Position numbers and translations under genes: made by a program. From Balanoglossus misakiensis (lineage: Eukaryota; Animalia; Hemichordata): 64,000 nucleotides of DNA. Shown here piece after piece: positions 52,601 through 64,000 of this stretch; position 1 is the first letter of the stretch; each line of letters opens with the position of its first letter. The notes below the pieces were generated by a model. It was not told the origin of the DNA. It searched no databases and saw only the letters and a program-made list of their open reading frames with translations. The stretch spans positions 4,427,358 through 4,491,357 of the forward strand of contig CM082585.2 of assembly GCA_040954595.2 (NCBI GenBank), read 5' to 3'.

Positions 52601-55600
52601 GCATTAAGGCGCGGATTTCATTTGGAACGAAACACTTCATGTTGTATAGTCTGTACACGAGGCAAATGAAGACGCTTGAAAAGTCTTTGATCCTGTTTGC
52701 AAATTGGCAAAATGAAAGGAACTACTTTTTTTGAAAATGATTGATTTTCGCCAAATATAAAGATGCCGGTTTTAATTTTGTGATTAAAGCAATAATTTAA
52801 TTATATGCGATAACGTACACTTGTACCAACTTAATCACATAATCAGAACCACTCAACATACCATGAGGCCATTACACGGGCTGTAGGATAAATTTTAAAT
52901 AATCATGTTCATTTTCATTTGCTTTACAGGTGCTCATGTACACTTGACTTCTTTTGTTTCCGAAGTGGACGGATGTCTGTAATCGGGATTTGAAGACTTC
53001 AATTTGATTGGCTGAATGTTGTAAACAAGGTATGAATATATAACGACGAACTACTTTATTCTGCGTAAGTAAGACGCGCATGTCATTACCTGTTTGTGCG
53101 TCCTACATGTAAATCCATGTATGCTGTGTTTGGTTTAACCCGAATCTGCTGTAAAATTGTAAGTACATATCTATAACAAATGGCTTCCCTCTTTCGTATT
53201 TACTTTGTATGTCAAGCGTCGTGTTCCAGAATAGCCGTTCTATTTAGTATGTAAATGTCCCTAGACTCGGTAAGCTACAACTTGTTAGAGTTTTATATAG
53301 TTGACGAAGATTTTAGGAGCTAGTTTGTTAACATTGCCAGTTCGCATTCTGTCAGGAGATTCCTTGACAGTTAGTACGTGCTATGTGCGCAAGAGACAGC
53401 GCAATGGGATCGCTCAAAAGGGTCAGGATTTCTGTTTATTTTCAGCGGCTGTGAGGTGTTTATTTCGATGTACTGGTATATGTTTATGTTGGCAATTTGC
53501 TGCTGTTCATATCCCTTATTTATCACTATAGCATCATATCATTATCAGGGATTATATTACCATGGCCTGTGTGTCGCATTTTAATTGGTCGAGATGAATG
53601 ACGTCACTGACTGCAATACTGCAGTAATGGTTTGCTAACATGCTCGTAAATCTGAATAGCAATATTAGCAAACAGTTCAGTGAATACAACATTTTGCGTA
53701 ACACAAGTTCCGCGGCCCCTAGTGGAACATTTTCGGAAGCCTCGCCCATGAATTTTTGGCTTTCCTCTCGGCCTTGCTCATAAACAAACGTTAATGGTCA
53801 GAGCGTCGTCCATTATTTCTAAATTATGCTGCTCTCTGCATGCGTGTAATGATATACTCACCTTACCTGAAGGCAAACGATTTGTTGTAATCACATGTGT
53901 TTAGAGTCCTAGGGATGAAATGCAGGACTAATTAAACTCAAAACAGTCACTAATCCTTATCCTGTACAGCCCCTCTGGTTATATAAAGAAAGACATTTGA
54001 AATGGTTCATTCAACACCCACAGCCCTACCATCAATAGGTAGAATTGTATTCAAGAGAAGCTTAATCTGCTCTTTTCAAATACATTTCCTATGCCTATCG
54101 GTATTATTTTCTGCCGAGTCAAAAAAAAACCAGTGCAGTGTGTTGGCACGATCTCTGGACAATTTTTACCAACTTTCAAATGGTAACTGTCATGAACAAG
54201 ATTCGAACTACCCGGTACTTACTAATAAGATTTTGAAAATAGTTTACATCTCACTTTTCCACATGATTATTTTTGTATTTACAAATGGAAGTCTAATATT
54301 TGTACCGAAAAACAAGTTTTTTTTGCATGAGACAGCTTCCATATCCCCGAGGGTAAACTTTCTTTTCAACTTAAAAAGTCAAATTCCAGACACCCGGGCC
54401 TTCGTTCATCTTTCAAACGCTATCCAAAGTACTTCAAATTGTTTATAGAAAAAGAGCAGGCAAGAAAAATAGTTATGCTACTTACAACAGCTATCGTCAG
54501 TTCCGAAGAATGAACGACCGCTCACTAATCCGGATGCGTCCGATCACTCTTGCTTCTAGTAGTATCAATCCGCGATACAAAGTTAAAATTTGACAGTTAA
54601 CCATGTGGCTGGCATTAAGGCGCGGATTTCATTTGGAACGAAACACTTCATGTTGTATAGTCTGTACACGAGGCAAATGAAGACGCTTGAAAAGTCTTTG
54701 ATCCTGTTTGCAAATTGGCAAAATGAAAGGAACTACTTTTTTTGAAAATGATTGATTTTCGCCAAATATAAAGATGCCGGTTTTAATTTTGTGATTAAAG
54801 CAATAATTTAATTATATGCGATAACGTACACTTGTATCAACTTAATCACATAATCAGAACCACTCAACATACCATGAGGCCATTACACGGGCTGTAGGAT
54901 AAATTTTAAATAATCATGTTCATTTTCATTTGCTTTACAGGTGCTCATGTACACTTGACTTCTTTTGTTTCCGAAGTGGACGGATGTCTGTAATCGGGAT
55001 TTGAAGACTTCAATTTGATTGGCTGAATGTTGTAAACAAGGTATGAATATATAACGACGAACTACTTTATTCTGCGTAAGTAAGACGCGCATGTCATTAC
55101 CTGTTTGTGCGTCCTACATGTAAATCCATGTATGCTGTGTTTGGTTTAACCCGAATCTGCTGTAAAATTGTAAGTACATATCTATAACAAATGGCTTCCC
55201 TCTTTCGTATTTACTTTGTATGTCAAGCGTCGTGTTCCAGAATAGCCGTTCTATTTAGTATGTAAATGTCCCTAGACTCGGTAAGCTACAACTTGTTAGA
55301 GTTTTATATAGTTGACGAAGATTTTAGGAGCTAGTTTGTTAACATTGCCAGTTCGCATTCTGTCAGGAGATTCCTTGACAGTTAGTACGTGCTATGTGCG
55401 CAAGAGACAGCGCAATGGGATTGCTCAAAAGGGTCAGGATTTCTGTTTATTTTCAGTGGCTGTGAGGTGTTTATTTCAATGTACTGGTATGTTTATGTTG
55501 GCAATTTGCTGCTGTTCATATCCCTTTTTTATCACTATAGCATCATATCATTATCAGGGATTATATTACCACGGCCTGTGCGTCGCATTTTAATTGGTCG

Positions 55601-58600
55601 AGATGAATGACGTCACTGACTGCAAATACTGCAGTAATGGTTTGCTAACATGCTCGTAAATCTGAATAGCAATATTAGCAAACAGTTCAGTGAATACAAC
55701 ATTTTGCGTAACACAATTTCCGCGGCCCCTAGTGGGACATTTTCGTACATTTTGACGGTTTTCTAGAGTTCGTTGGTAATATAATGGAAATAACCGACTC
55801 CGCCCTGACCATTAACGTTTGTTTATGGGCGCGGGCTCGAGGAAAGCCAAAATTCATGGGCTCGGAAGCCTCGCCCATGAATTTTTGGCTTTCCTCTCGG
55901 CCTTGCTCATAAACAAACGTTAATGGTCAGAGCGTCGTCCATTATTTCTAAATTATGCTGCTCTCTGCATGCGTGTAATGATATACTCACCTTACCTGAA
56001 GGCAAACGATTTGTTGTAATCACATGTGTTTAGAGTCCTAGGGGTGAAATGCAGGACTAATTAAACTCAAAACAGTCACTAATCCTTATCCTGTACAGCC
56101 CCTCTGGTTATATAAAGAAAGACATTTGAAATGGTTCATTCAACACCCACAGCCCTACCATCAATAGGTAGAATTGTATTCAAGAGAAGCTTAATCTGCT
56201 CTTTTCAAATACATTTCCTATGCCTATCGGTATTATTTTCTGCCGAGTCAAAAAAAAACCAGTGCAGTGTGTTGGCACGATCTCTGGACAATTTTTACCA
56301 ACTTTCAAATGGTAACTGTCATGAACAAGATTCGAACTACCCGGTACTTACTAATAAGATTTTGAAAATAGTTTACATCTCACTTTTCCACATGATTATT
56401 TTTGTATTTACAAATGGAAGTCTAATATTTGTACCGAAAAACAAGTTTTTTTTGCATGAGACAGCTTCCATATCCCCGAGGGTAAACTTTCTTTTCAACT
56501 TAAAAAGTCAAATTCCAGACACCCGGGCCTTCGTTCATCTTTCAAACGCTATCCAAAGTACTTCAAATTGTTTATAGAAAAAGAGCAGGCAAGAAAAATA
56601 GTTATGCTACTTACAACAGCTATCGTCAGTTCCGAAGAATGAACGACCGCTCACTAATCCGGATGCGTCCGATCACTCTTGCTTCTAGTAGTATCAATCC
56701 GCGATACAAAGTTAAAATTTGACAGTTAACCATGTGGCTGGCATTAAGGCGCGGATTTCATTTGGAACGAAACACTTCATGTTGTATAGTCTGTACACGA
56801 GGCAAATGAAGACGCTTGAAAAGACTTTTATCCTGTTTGCAAATTGGCAAAATGAAAGGAACTACTTTTTTTGAAAATGATTGATTTTCGCCAAATATAA
56901 AGATGCCGGTTTTAATTTTGTGATTAAAGCAATAATTTAATTATATGCGATAACGTACACTTGTACCAACTTAATCACATAATCAGAACCACTCAACATA
57001 CCATGAGGCCATTACACGGGCTGTAGGATAAATTTTAAATAATCATGTTCATTTTCATTTGCTTTACAGGTGCTCATGTACACTTGACTTCTTTTGTTTC
57101 CGAAGTGGACGGATGTCTGTAATCGGGATTTGAAGACTTCAATTTGATTGGCTGAATGTTGTAAACAAGGTATGAATTTATAACGACGAACTACTTTATT
57201 CTGCGTAAGTAAGACGCGCATGTCATTACCTGTTTGTGCGTCCTACATGTAAATCCATGTATGCTGTGTTTGGTTTAACCCGAATCTGCTGTAAAATTGT
57301 AAGTACATATCTATAACAAATGGCTTCCCTCTTTCGTATTTACTTTGTAGGTCAAGCGTCGTGTTCCAGAATAGCCGTTCTATTTAGTATGTAAATGTCC
57401 CTAGACTCGGTAAGCTACAACTTGTTAGAGTTTTATATAGTTGACGAAAATTTTAGGAGCTAGTTTGTTAAAGGGACAAAGTCTCTGTCTCGCTGCCCTT
57501 TTTTCCATTAATTATATTTGATAAGAGACAACGTTTGTTATTCTACATGTGGATATATAGTGAATAACGTTCAACCACACACAACTTCCATCCCTTTTAT
57601 AGACAGGAGAGTGTAAAAACTCGCCAAAATGAATAATCGTTCTTTACCATTTATTCATTTTGGGCGAGTTTTTACTCTCATATTCTACAAACGAGATGGA
57701 AGTTGTGTGTGGTCGAATGTTAATTCACCATATATCCACCAGTAGAATAACATAAACGGCGTCTTGTATCAAACATAATTAATGGAAAAAGGCCAGCGAG
57801 AGAGAGACTTTGTCCCTTTAACATTGCCAGTTCGCATTCTGTCAGGAGATTCCTTGACAGTTAGTACGTGCTATGTGCGCAAGAGACAGCGCAATGGAAT
57901 TGCTCAAAGGGGTCAGGATTTCTGTTTATTTTCAGTGGCTGTGAGGTGTTTATTTCGATGTACCGGTATGTTTATGTTGACAATTTGCTGCTGTTCATAT
58001 CCCTTATTTATCACTATAGCATCATATCATTATCAGGGATTATATTACCATGGCCTGTGTGTCGCATTTTAAATGGTCGAGATGAATGACGTCACTGACT
58101 GCAAATACTGCAGTATTAATGGTTTGTTTACATGCCCGTAAATCTGAATAGTAATATTAGCAAACAGTTCAGTGAATACAACATTTTGCGTAACACAATT
58201 TCCGCGGCCCCTAGTGGGACATTTTCGTACATTTTGACGGTTTTCTTGAGTTCGTTGGTAATATAATGGAAATAACCGACTCCGCCCTGACCATTAACGT
58301 TTGTTTATGGGCGCGGGCTCGAGGAAAGCCAAAATTCATGGGCTCGGAAGCCTCGCCCATGAATTTCTGGCTTTCCTCTCGGCCTTGCTCAAAAACAAAC
58401 GTTAATGGTCAGAGCGTCGTCCATTATTTCTAAATTATGCTGCTCTCTGCATGCGTGTAATGATATACTCACCTTACCTGAAGGCAAACGATTTGTTGTA
58501 ATCACATGTGTTTAGAGTCCTAGGGGTGAAAAACAGGACTAATTAAACTCAAAACAGTCACTAATCCTTATCCTGTACAGCCCCTCTGGTTATATAAAGA

Positions 58601-59157
58601 AAGACATTTGAAATGGTTCATTCAACACCCACAGCCCTACCATCAATAGGTAGAATTGCATTCAAGAGAATCTTAATCTGCTCTTTTCAAATACATTTCC
58701 TATGCCTATCGGTATTATTTTCTGCCGAGTCAAAAAAAAACCCAGTGCAGTGTGTTGGCACGATCTCTGGACAATTTTTACCAACTTTCACATGGTAACT
58801 GTCATGAACAAGATTCGAACTACCCGGTACTTACTAATAAGATTTTGAAAATAGTTTACATCTCACTTTTCCACATGATTATTTTTGTATTTACAAATGG
58901 AAGTCTAATATTTGTACCGAAAAACAAGTTTTTTGCATGAGACAGCTTCCATATCCCCGAGGGTAAACTTTCTTTTCAACTTAAAAAGTCAAATTCCAGA
59001 CACCCGGGCCCTCGTTCATCTTTCAAACGCTATCCAAAGTACTTCAAAATGTTTATAGAAAAATAGCAGGCAAGAAAAATAGTTATGCTACTTACAACAC
59101 CTATCGTCAGTTCCGAAGAATGAACGACCGCTCACTAATCCGGATGCGTCCGATCAC
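49689..59157 (+). repeat. Tandem array of a ~2.1-kb unit (4 full + 1 partial) upstream of B2
   Basis: Units start atgctgctctctgcatgcg at 49689, 51812, 53826, 55955 and 58437 (2123, 2014, 2129 and 2482 bp, then a partial copy). Unit 1 of the duplication has a single copy (34877-36968). Confidence 0.95.
57472..57817. mobile_element. Same 346-bp MITE family, inserted in tandem unit 4
   Basis: TTAA duplicated (57468-71 and 57818-21). The other units show the empty site gtttgTTAAcattg. Confidence 0.93.
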
Positions 59158-59216
59158 GGGGTGATACGGGACGGATCATTCTGGGACGTCAAACACCAGA
59201 TACCATTGAAACTAAC

Positions 59217-60226
59217 TATCTATCTATCTATCTACCTTACTGCCCAACTTCAACATAATGAAGGCTTTGCCAGTGAGTGCACCCTAGTACAGGAGATCAA
59301 AAATGTCAGTTTTCTGGTTTGGTGAAGTGTAGTGCCAAAGAAGATGTGAAGGATTCATGTGACCCTGCAGATATGATGTCTGGTGGTATACTATTCCAGT
59401 CTTTGATTGTTCTTTGAAAGAAGGAATATTTTCTGTAGTCTGTTTTGAATTTGGGAATTTTATAGCTTTTACTATGCATGTGTCTAGTGAGTCTTAGCGG
59501 GGGGTGAAGATGCTGAAGATTGTTCATGGCAACGGTTCCTGTTGAGATTTTATATAGCATCGATAGTCTGGCTTCTTTTCTGCGTTGTTCTAATGATGTC
59601 CAATGTAGGGTATTTATCATGTTGTCAACATTAGAGCGATTTCGAAATCTGCCAGTCACGTAGCGAGCAGTGCGTCTTTGTGTTTTTTCTAACAAAGTTA
59701 TGTCAGTCTGTTCATATGGGTCCCCAACAGTGGAGGCGTATTCAACTAGTGGTCTTACAAGTGTTGTGTATGCCTTCTCTTTCACAGATGTCGATCCTAT
59801 GTTGAGATTTCTACGGAGGAAACCAAGAGTTTTGTTTGCTTTATTGCATATTAAAGTAATATGTTGGCGCCAATCAAGATCAGCTGTCAGTGTGCACCCT
59901 AGATACTTTTCGGATGAGCTGTGTTTGATTATCTTCCCCTTTAAACTGTACTGGTTAATTATCGTTGTGCGTTTCCTTGTTACTGACAGAACAGAGCATT
60001 TGTCTGGATGAAAAGACATTTTCCATTTGTTGGCCTACGCTGCTAGTTTTTCTAGATCAGATTGTAGTATTTGGGTATCAGCATCAGATGTGATGGTGAG
60101 ATAAGCTATTGTATCATCAGCAAATAGTCTTACTGTGGAATTTAAACCTGTATGAATATCATTGATGTAGTATAAGAACAAAGATGGGCCCAGTACAGAG
60201 CCTTGTGGGACTCCCGATTCAACTGA
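59217..60226 (-). mobile_element. 5'-truncated non-LTR retrotransposon (RT C-terminal half; RTE-X/CR1-group-like)
   Basis: SGVPQGSVLGPSLFLYYIND...VRLFADD...(TAG at a normally conserved W)...MSFHPDKC...KYLG...KANKTLGFLRRNL. (GATA)n 3' tail. TAAC TSD (59213-16 and 60227-30), with the empty site near 38358. Confidence 0.93.
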
Positions 60227-60536
60227 TAACAACCTTTACAGTGGTCACAAATGGCCTTACTCGGTGATAATTCACCATTGAGATTTTCTTTGCATTCACG
60301 TTGCAACTTCACTCTTTAGAATTGGTCTTCTCTACGAACAATCCCTTCCATCATGGCAACAGCCGTCCTTCGTGTCCGACCGTGGGTCGTACATGTATAT
60401 GCTGTATAGTATACTAAGAGGTTATAGTCATTCACAAGCACGTGCGTATACCGTCCTTTGAAGCGAAGCATACAGTAAAGTATATACAAAGAAGACCATT
60501 TCCAATTTTAGTTTGATGATTTTAAAACAATTTTAC

Positions 60537-62043
60537 CTTTCCATTCTTCCACTGTTCCAACCGCCGACGGTACAATATCCAGTTAAATGGTTCTCGGATG
60601 TTTCTTGAACCCAAATTGCGAAACATAATCATTCAACATTTCTTCATCTCCATAAAAGGGCACCTGGTTCGGAAGATATTCCTATTGAGTTTTAGAGAAA
60701 TTTGGAGATATTCAATTGTGTTGTGTGCCATAGATGGCTCTGAGAATTGGACACAAGTACATATAATTAGGTACATGTTTTATAGATCATCTTTATATAG
60801 GTGGTGGATAGGATCTTTTTCTTCTGTCTTCTAATATCTCTGCTGACAATATCTGCATTTTCGTTTGTAGGTTGGTTCAGAATATTCGCGTAAACTCGCA
60901 CAAGGTCAAAATTGTTATTACTAGTCCCTATGGATTCTGATGCTGTGATTCACCACAAACATGTAGTTGTGTACATTTCTGATGGTCAACAAGGTTGCAG
61001 AAGAAATGCTTAGATGTTTGGGGGTCGTCCCATATGCGGCTGCGGGTATATCATCCCAAATGACGCACTCGCCACTCGCTACACTGTACACCAGGGCGAA
61101 CAATGCGTTGTTACTTTTATCGCATTTTCAGGTGACTTTCATGATATAACGTGTTGGATGGCAGGGTCTCCATGGAGAGAAAGGCCACGCATGCGCAGTT
61201 TGGACGACCCTCCCCTTTAAGTGAAAATACCAAATTTACCTTGAGATACTGATTCCATTTGGGTAGATTTGTACATCCATTGTACATTCTTGAGAAATCA
61301 TCAAAGTATTAGCAACAGTGCCATCTTGCTCAAGGCACCAGAATATATTTTCAAGCGCCCTTTCTCTTTTCTTCATCCATTCCATAACATAATTGGAGAA
61401 CACCTTCGTAAATTTGTCTTTAAAGTTGCCAAAGCTGTCTTGCAGTAAGGTGACATCTGCGACAAAGTATTCTGTTTTCCCCTCGACTGAATTGTTTTGA
61501 CGTGCATACTTGATTGCCTTAGCAGATATATCGATTCCTATAGTTAAAAAATGCATTTTACAAGCTCACAGCTTATGGTGCTGTTTTTTCATGTTCGTGA
61601 ATACCATCACTGGGGTGATTTTTCCGGCACCATGTGTAGTATTCAAGTTGATTGTGTTATTGATGTGCTTGGTGCAATTTAGGTCAGGCGAACGCCCAGA
61701 GGTGTTTTGAACCCTACCTTAAAATAGTCTATATAGCCAAATCACTTCATTTTATTAGCTCTCCTAGCAAAGGTTCTGTATTGCAGCTTCTTACTTCATT
61801 GCTACGACTTCATGTTACTCAGAAATGGTTAGAAGCGCCCTTGTAAAAAATAAATCCTGAAATGACTCTACCTATCTTCCCGTTCTGCAATCATTCGGGT
61901 CAGCTCTCCAGTTCCACACCAACATCCAAAACCACCTCCTCGCTATTCCAGTCACTGTCACAGAGAGTTAACAAAGCCATCCCATTTTGGTGTTGGTGGT
62001 CATGATTTTGGGCGTAGCATTCGGCGGAGGCAGCGAGGTTCAT
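60537..62043 (-). pseudogene. JHAMT-like methyltransferase, copy 2, multiply disrupted
   Basis: Exon 1 reads MNLAASAECYAQNHDHQ...WNSEEVVLDVG, then a 1-nt frameshift in GCGTG. Exon 2 (61240-61537) is 19 nt shorter than in copy 1. Exon 3 (60537-60681) has GAA>TAA. The last exon is deleted. Confidence 0.85.
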
Positions 62044-62441
62044 TGTGCTTACGTTCGATATGACCGCAAGACAAGTTTGGTCACTTTGCGCCTGCGTAAA
62101 CAACATTGTCTAATAGTGCAATGACATGCAATTCATGTCACCAGAACCACGTTTCTTGATCTTCTTTGGTCCTCTGTGACACCTTTTACTGTGCACAACT
62201 GACCATTTAGTGTTATACCAACGCCGCAGAGTCATTATGCCAACATTACATGACGTCATGTAACAAAAATGGTTCTCCAGTTTATTGTAATAGTCTAGGG
62301 AAACATAAAAGGATGAATCTTTTCCTAATTTGCAGTATAAAGTTAAGGTAAAGGGACCATGGTCCCTACCTCACTTGAAAGATAATAAATTACTTCATTT
62401 TTCCTTCCAGGAAACACGCCGTTGTCTGGAGCTTATTAAAA

Positions 62442-63736
62442 ATGAAAGTATTAATAAATGTTGCGTGTGTCTTGCTAACCATGAAGTCAATAACAGGTAT
62501 TCATTTACATTCCTGTTTGATTGCGTGTGTGTTCATAGAATCTGATTGAGTGCCTGATTTATTGATTCATTTGAACTTGATTTCTGTTGTTCAGGGATCG
62601 GAAGAAGAATTCTAAACTACAACTTTCATTTATATTTCTTTCTTTCTCTCGAAGCATGTGACCCGCAATGGGACAACTTCAAGGAAGGTTGTTACTATGC
62701 CTACCAATCTCAAGTATACACGTACACAGAAGCCAGGACTGTGTGCACTGGCAAAGGTGGGACGCTAGTCATGATAAATGATAGCAAAGAAAATGCATTT
62801 CTGAAAGGTAAGTGACCACGAACAAATCAATCGATGTAGACCTTACTGTCTTTTTTTATTCAGCTGTGTGTGTCATGTGTCGTCATCGAATTCATTAAGT
62901 TGGATTTGTTTCCAAAGATTCATTGCACATAAGATTTTCATATACACAGTGTGTTATTTGAAGCAAAACCCCTCTAAGTACTGCTTTTGTTCCAAATAAG
63001 CAACGAGCTGTATTTCTTTCGTGACGAAATGATAAATTAGTTAGGGGGACCACCAAGGCATGCAGTAATTCATAATTAACACAAATGCAACATTCACGTC
63101 TATCCAAATCAGGCTTCACACTTGGTACAACTAATCTATGGATTGGTTTGAATGATATGGCGAATGAAGGAGATTGGAAATGGGAAGACGGTTCTAAGGT
63201 AATTAATATTTCTTCGAATTAAAACACTATTGCGTGTTTGTGTAAACAACATTTCTTTACTGCATAGATTTTATTTGCATAGATTTTATTAACAGTCACA
63301 AGGCCAATTGTGTAAGTTAACTGAATAGATCAGCTACAGTACTGAGATTTTATGAGTGTACATAAGATAATAGTAAATGAGGGAAATGTATTTACAAATA
63401 AAACACCGCCAAAATGCCGACTTTTGCAAAAACATATTCTACATTGTGGTAACCTGATGTTGAAGTATTTTGCAATTGTCACATGCATGTTTTGTACGTC
63501 AATAATTCTTCGGTTCCAAAATTGTAATATATGTAAATGGTAATTAGGTAATTATCTGTCATGTCCGGCACAGATATCATACAAAAAGTGGGTTGGAGCA
63601 GAACGGCCTAGTGAAAATGGTACCAGACCCAAAGATGGCATGAAAGACTGTGCCATATTGTCTGTTGTGGATGATGGTCGATGGAAACCTGTTGATTGTA
63701 GGAAACGATTGGGATTCGTCTGTGAAAAACCATTTT
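62442..63736 (+). CDS. Paralog C copy 2: signal peptide and CTLD exons; continues past the right edge
   Basis: Exons 62442-62496, 62655-62807, 63113-63198 and 63574-63736, near-identical to C1. Confidence 0.88.
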
Positions 63737-64000
63737 GTGAGTAACCTCTCTTCCGAGCAAATGCTTAATACTGAAAACGTCTTTTTGTTTACAATATCCC
63801 ACCAAAAGAACACAGTTTGGCAAATCATGTTGGTGAAAAATCACATTGATCATCATTTGGTCTTCATGTCTTTAATTGTCAGTTGGTGAATACAGGTTCA
63901 CCCAGTCTGTGAACACCCAACTGAAATTATACTCAAGAAAATAAATCAAATCCATCATGCGGACAATGTCACATGCTCTAGCTACGAAAATGCATCCGGC

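Larger units (their letters stand above)
45384..64000 (+). repeat. Segmental duplication unit 2, extends past the window
   Basis: Colinear with unit 1 except for the 2.1-kb array, a ~2.7-kb deletion, a LINE insertion and MITE presence/absence. Confidence 0.92.

Noticed and set aside
54002-54448. 148-aa ORF repeated in the array (also the 69-aa and 93-aa ORFs)
   Set aside because: Frames break at homopolymer indels between copies and there is no recognisable domain. The recurrence only reflects the DNA repeat.
49689-59157. CRISPR-like or LTR interpretation of the array
   Set aside because: Units are about 2.1 kb and near-identical throughout. There are no unique spacers, cas genes, or gag/pol and PBS features, and the context is eukaryotic.

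Overview
Intron-rich, AT-rich animal DNA, probably a marine invertebrate deuterostome such as a hemichordate (inferred from gene and repeat content only). Left 25 kb: I hand-spliced a 35-exon, phase-consistent minus-strand gene (start 24784, runs off the left edge, about 1900 codons in the window). It looks like a GRL101-type LDLa-LRR receptor with a very long ectodomain: signal peptide, 2 EGF, 4 LDLa, F-type lectin, 2 EGF, C-type lectin (CTLD), 2 EGF-like, CUB, an unnamed ~170-aa domain, 2 CUB, 2 CTLD, 7 LDLa, LRRNT and LRRs. The expected 7TM part is not in the window. Right 35 kb: a ~15.8-kb cassette is tandemly duplicated (starts 29610 and 45384). It holds two divergently oriented paralogous genes for secreted CTLD + F5/8 type C (discoidin) proteins, with a JHAMT-like methyltransferase pseudogene between them. 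In the second cassette a ~2.1-kb upstream segment is amplified about 4.3 times, and the junctions fall at the terminus of a TIR-less hairpin repeat whose hairpin occurs in two orientations. Also present: several MITEs with filled/empty-site evidence, a 5'-truncated non-LTR retrotransposon and microsatellites. All gene models are manual predictions without expression data.
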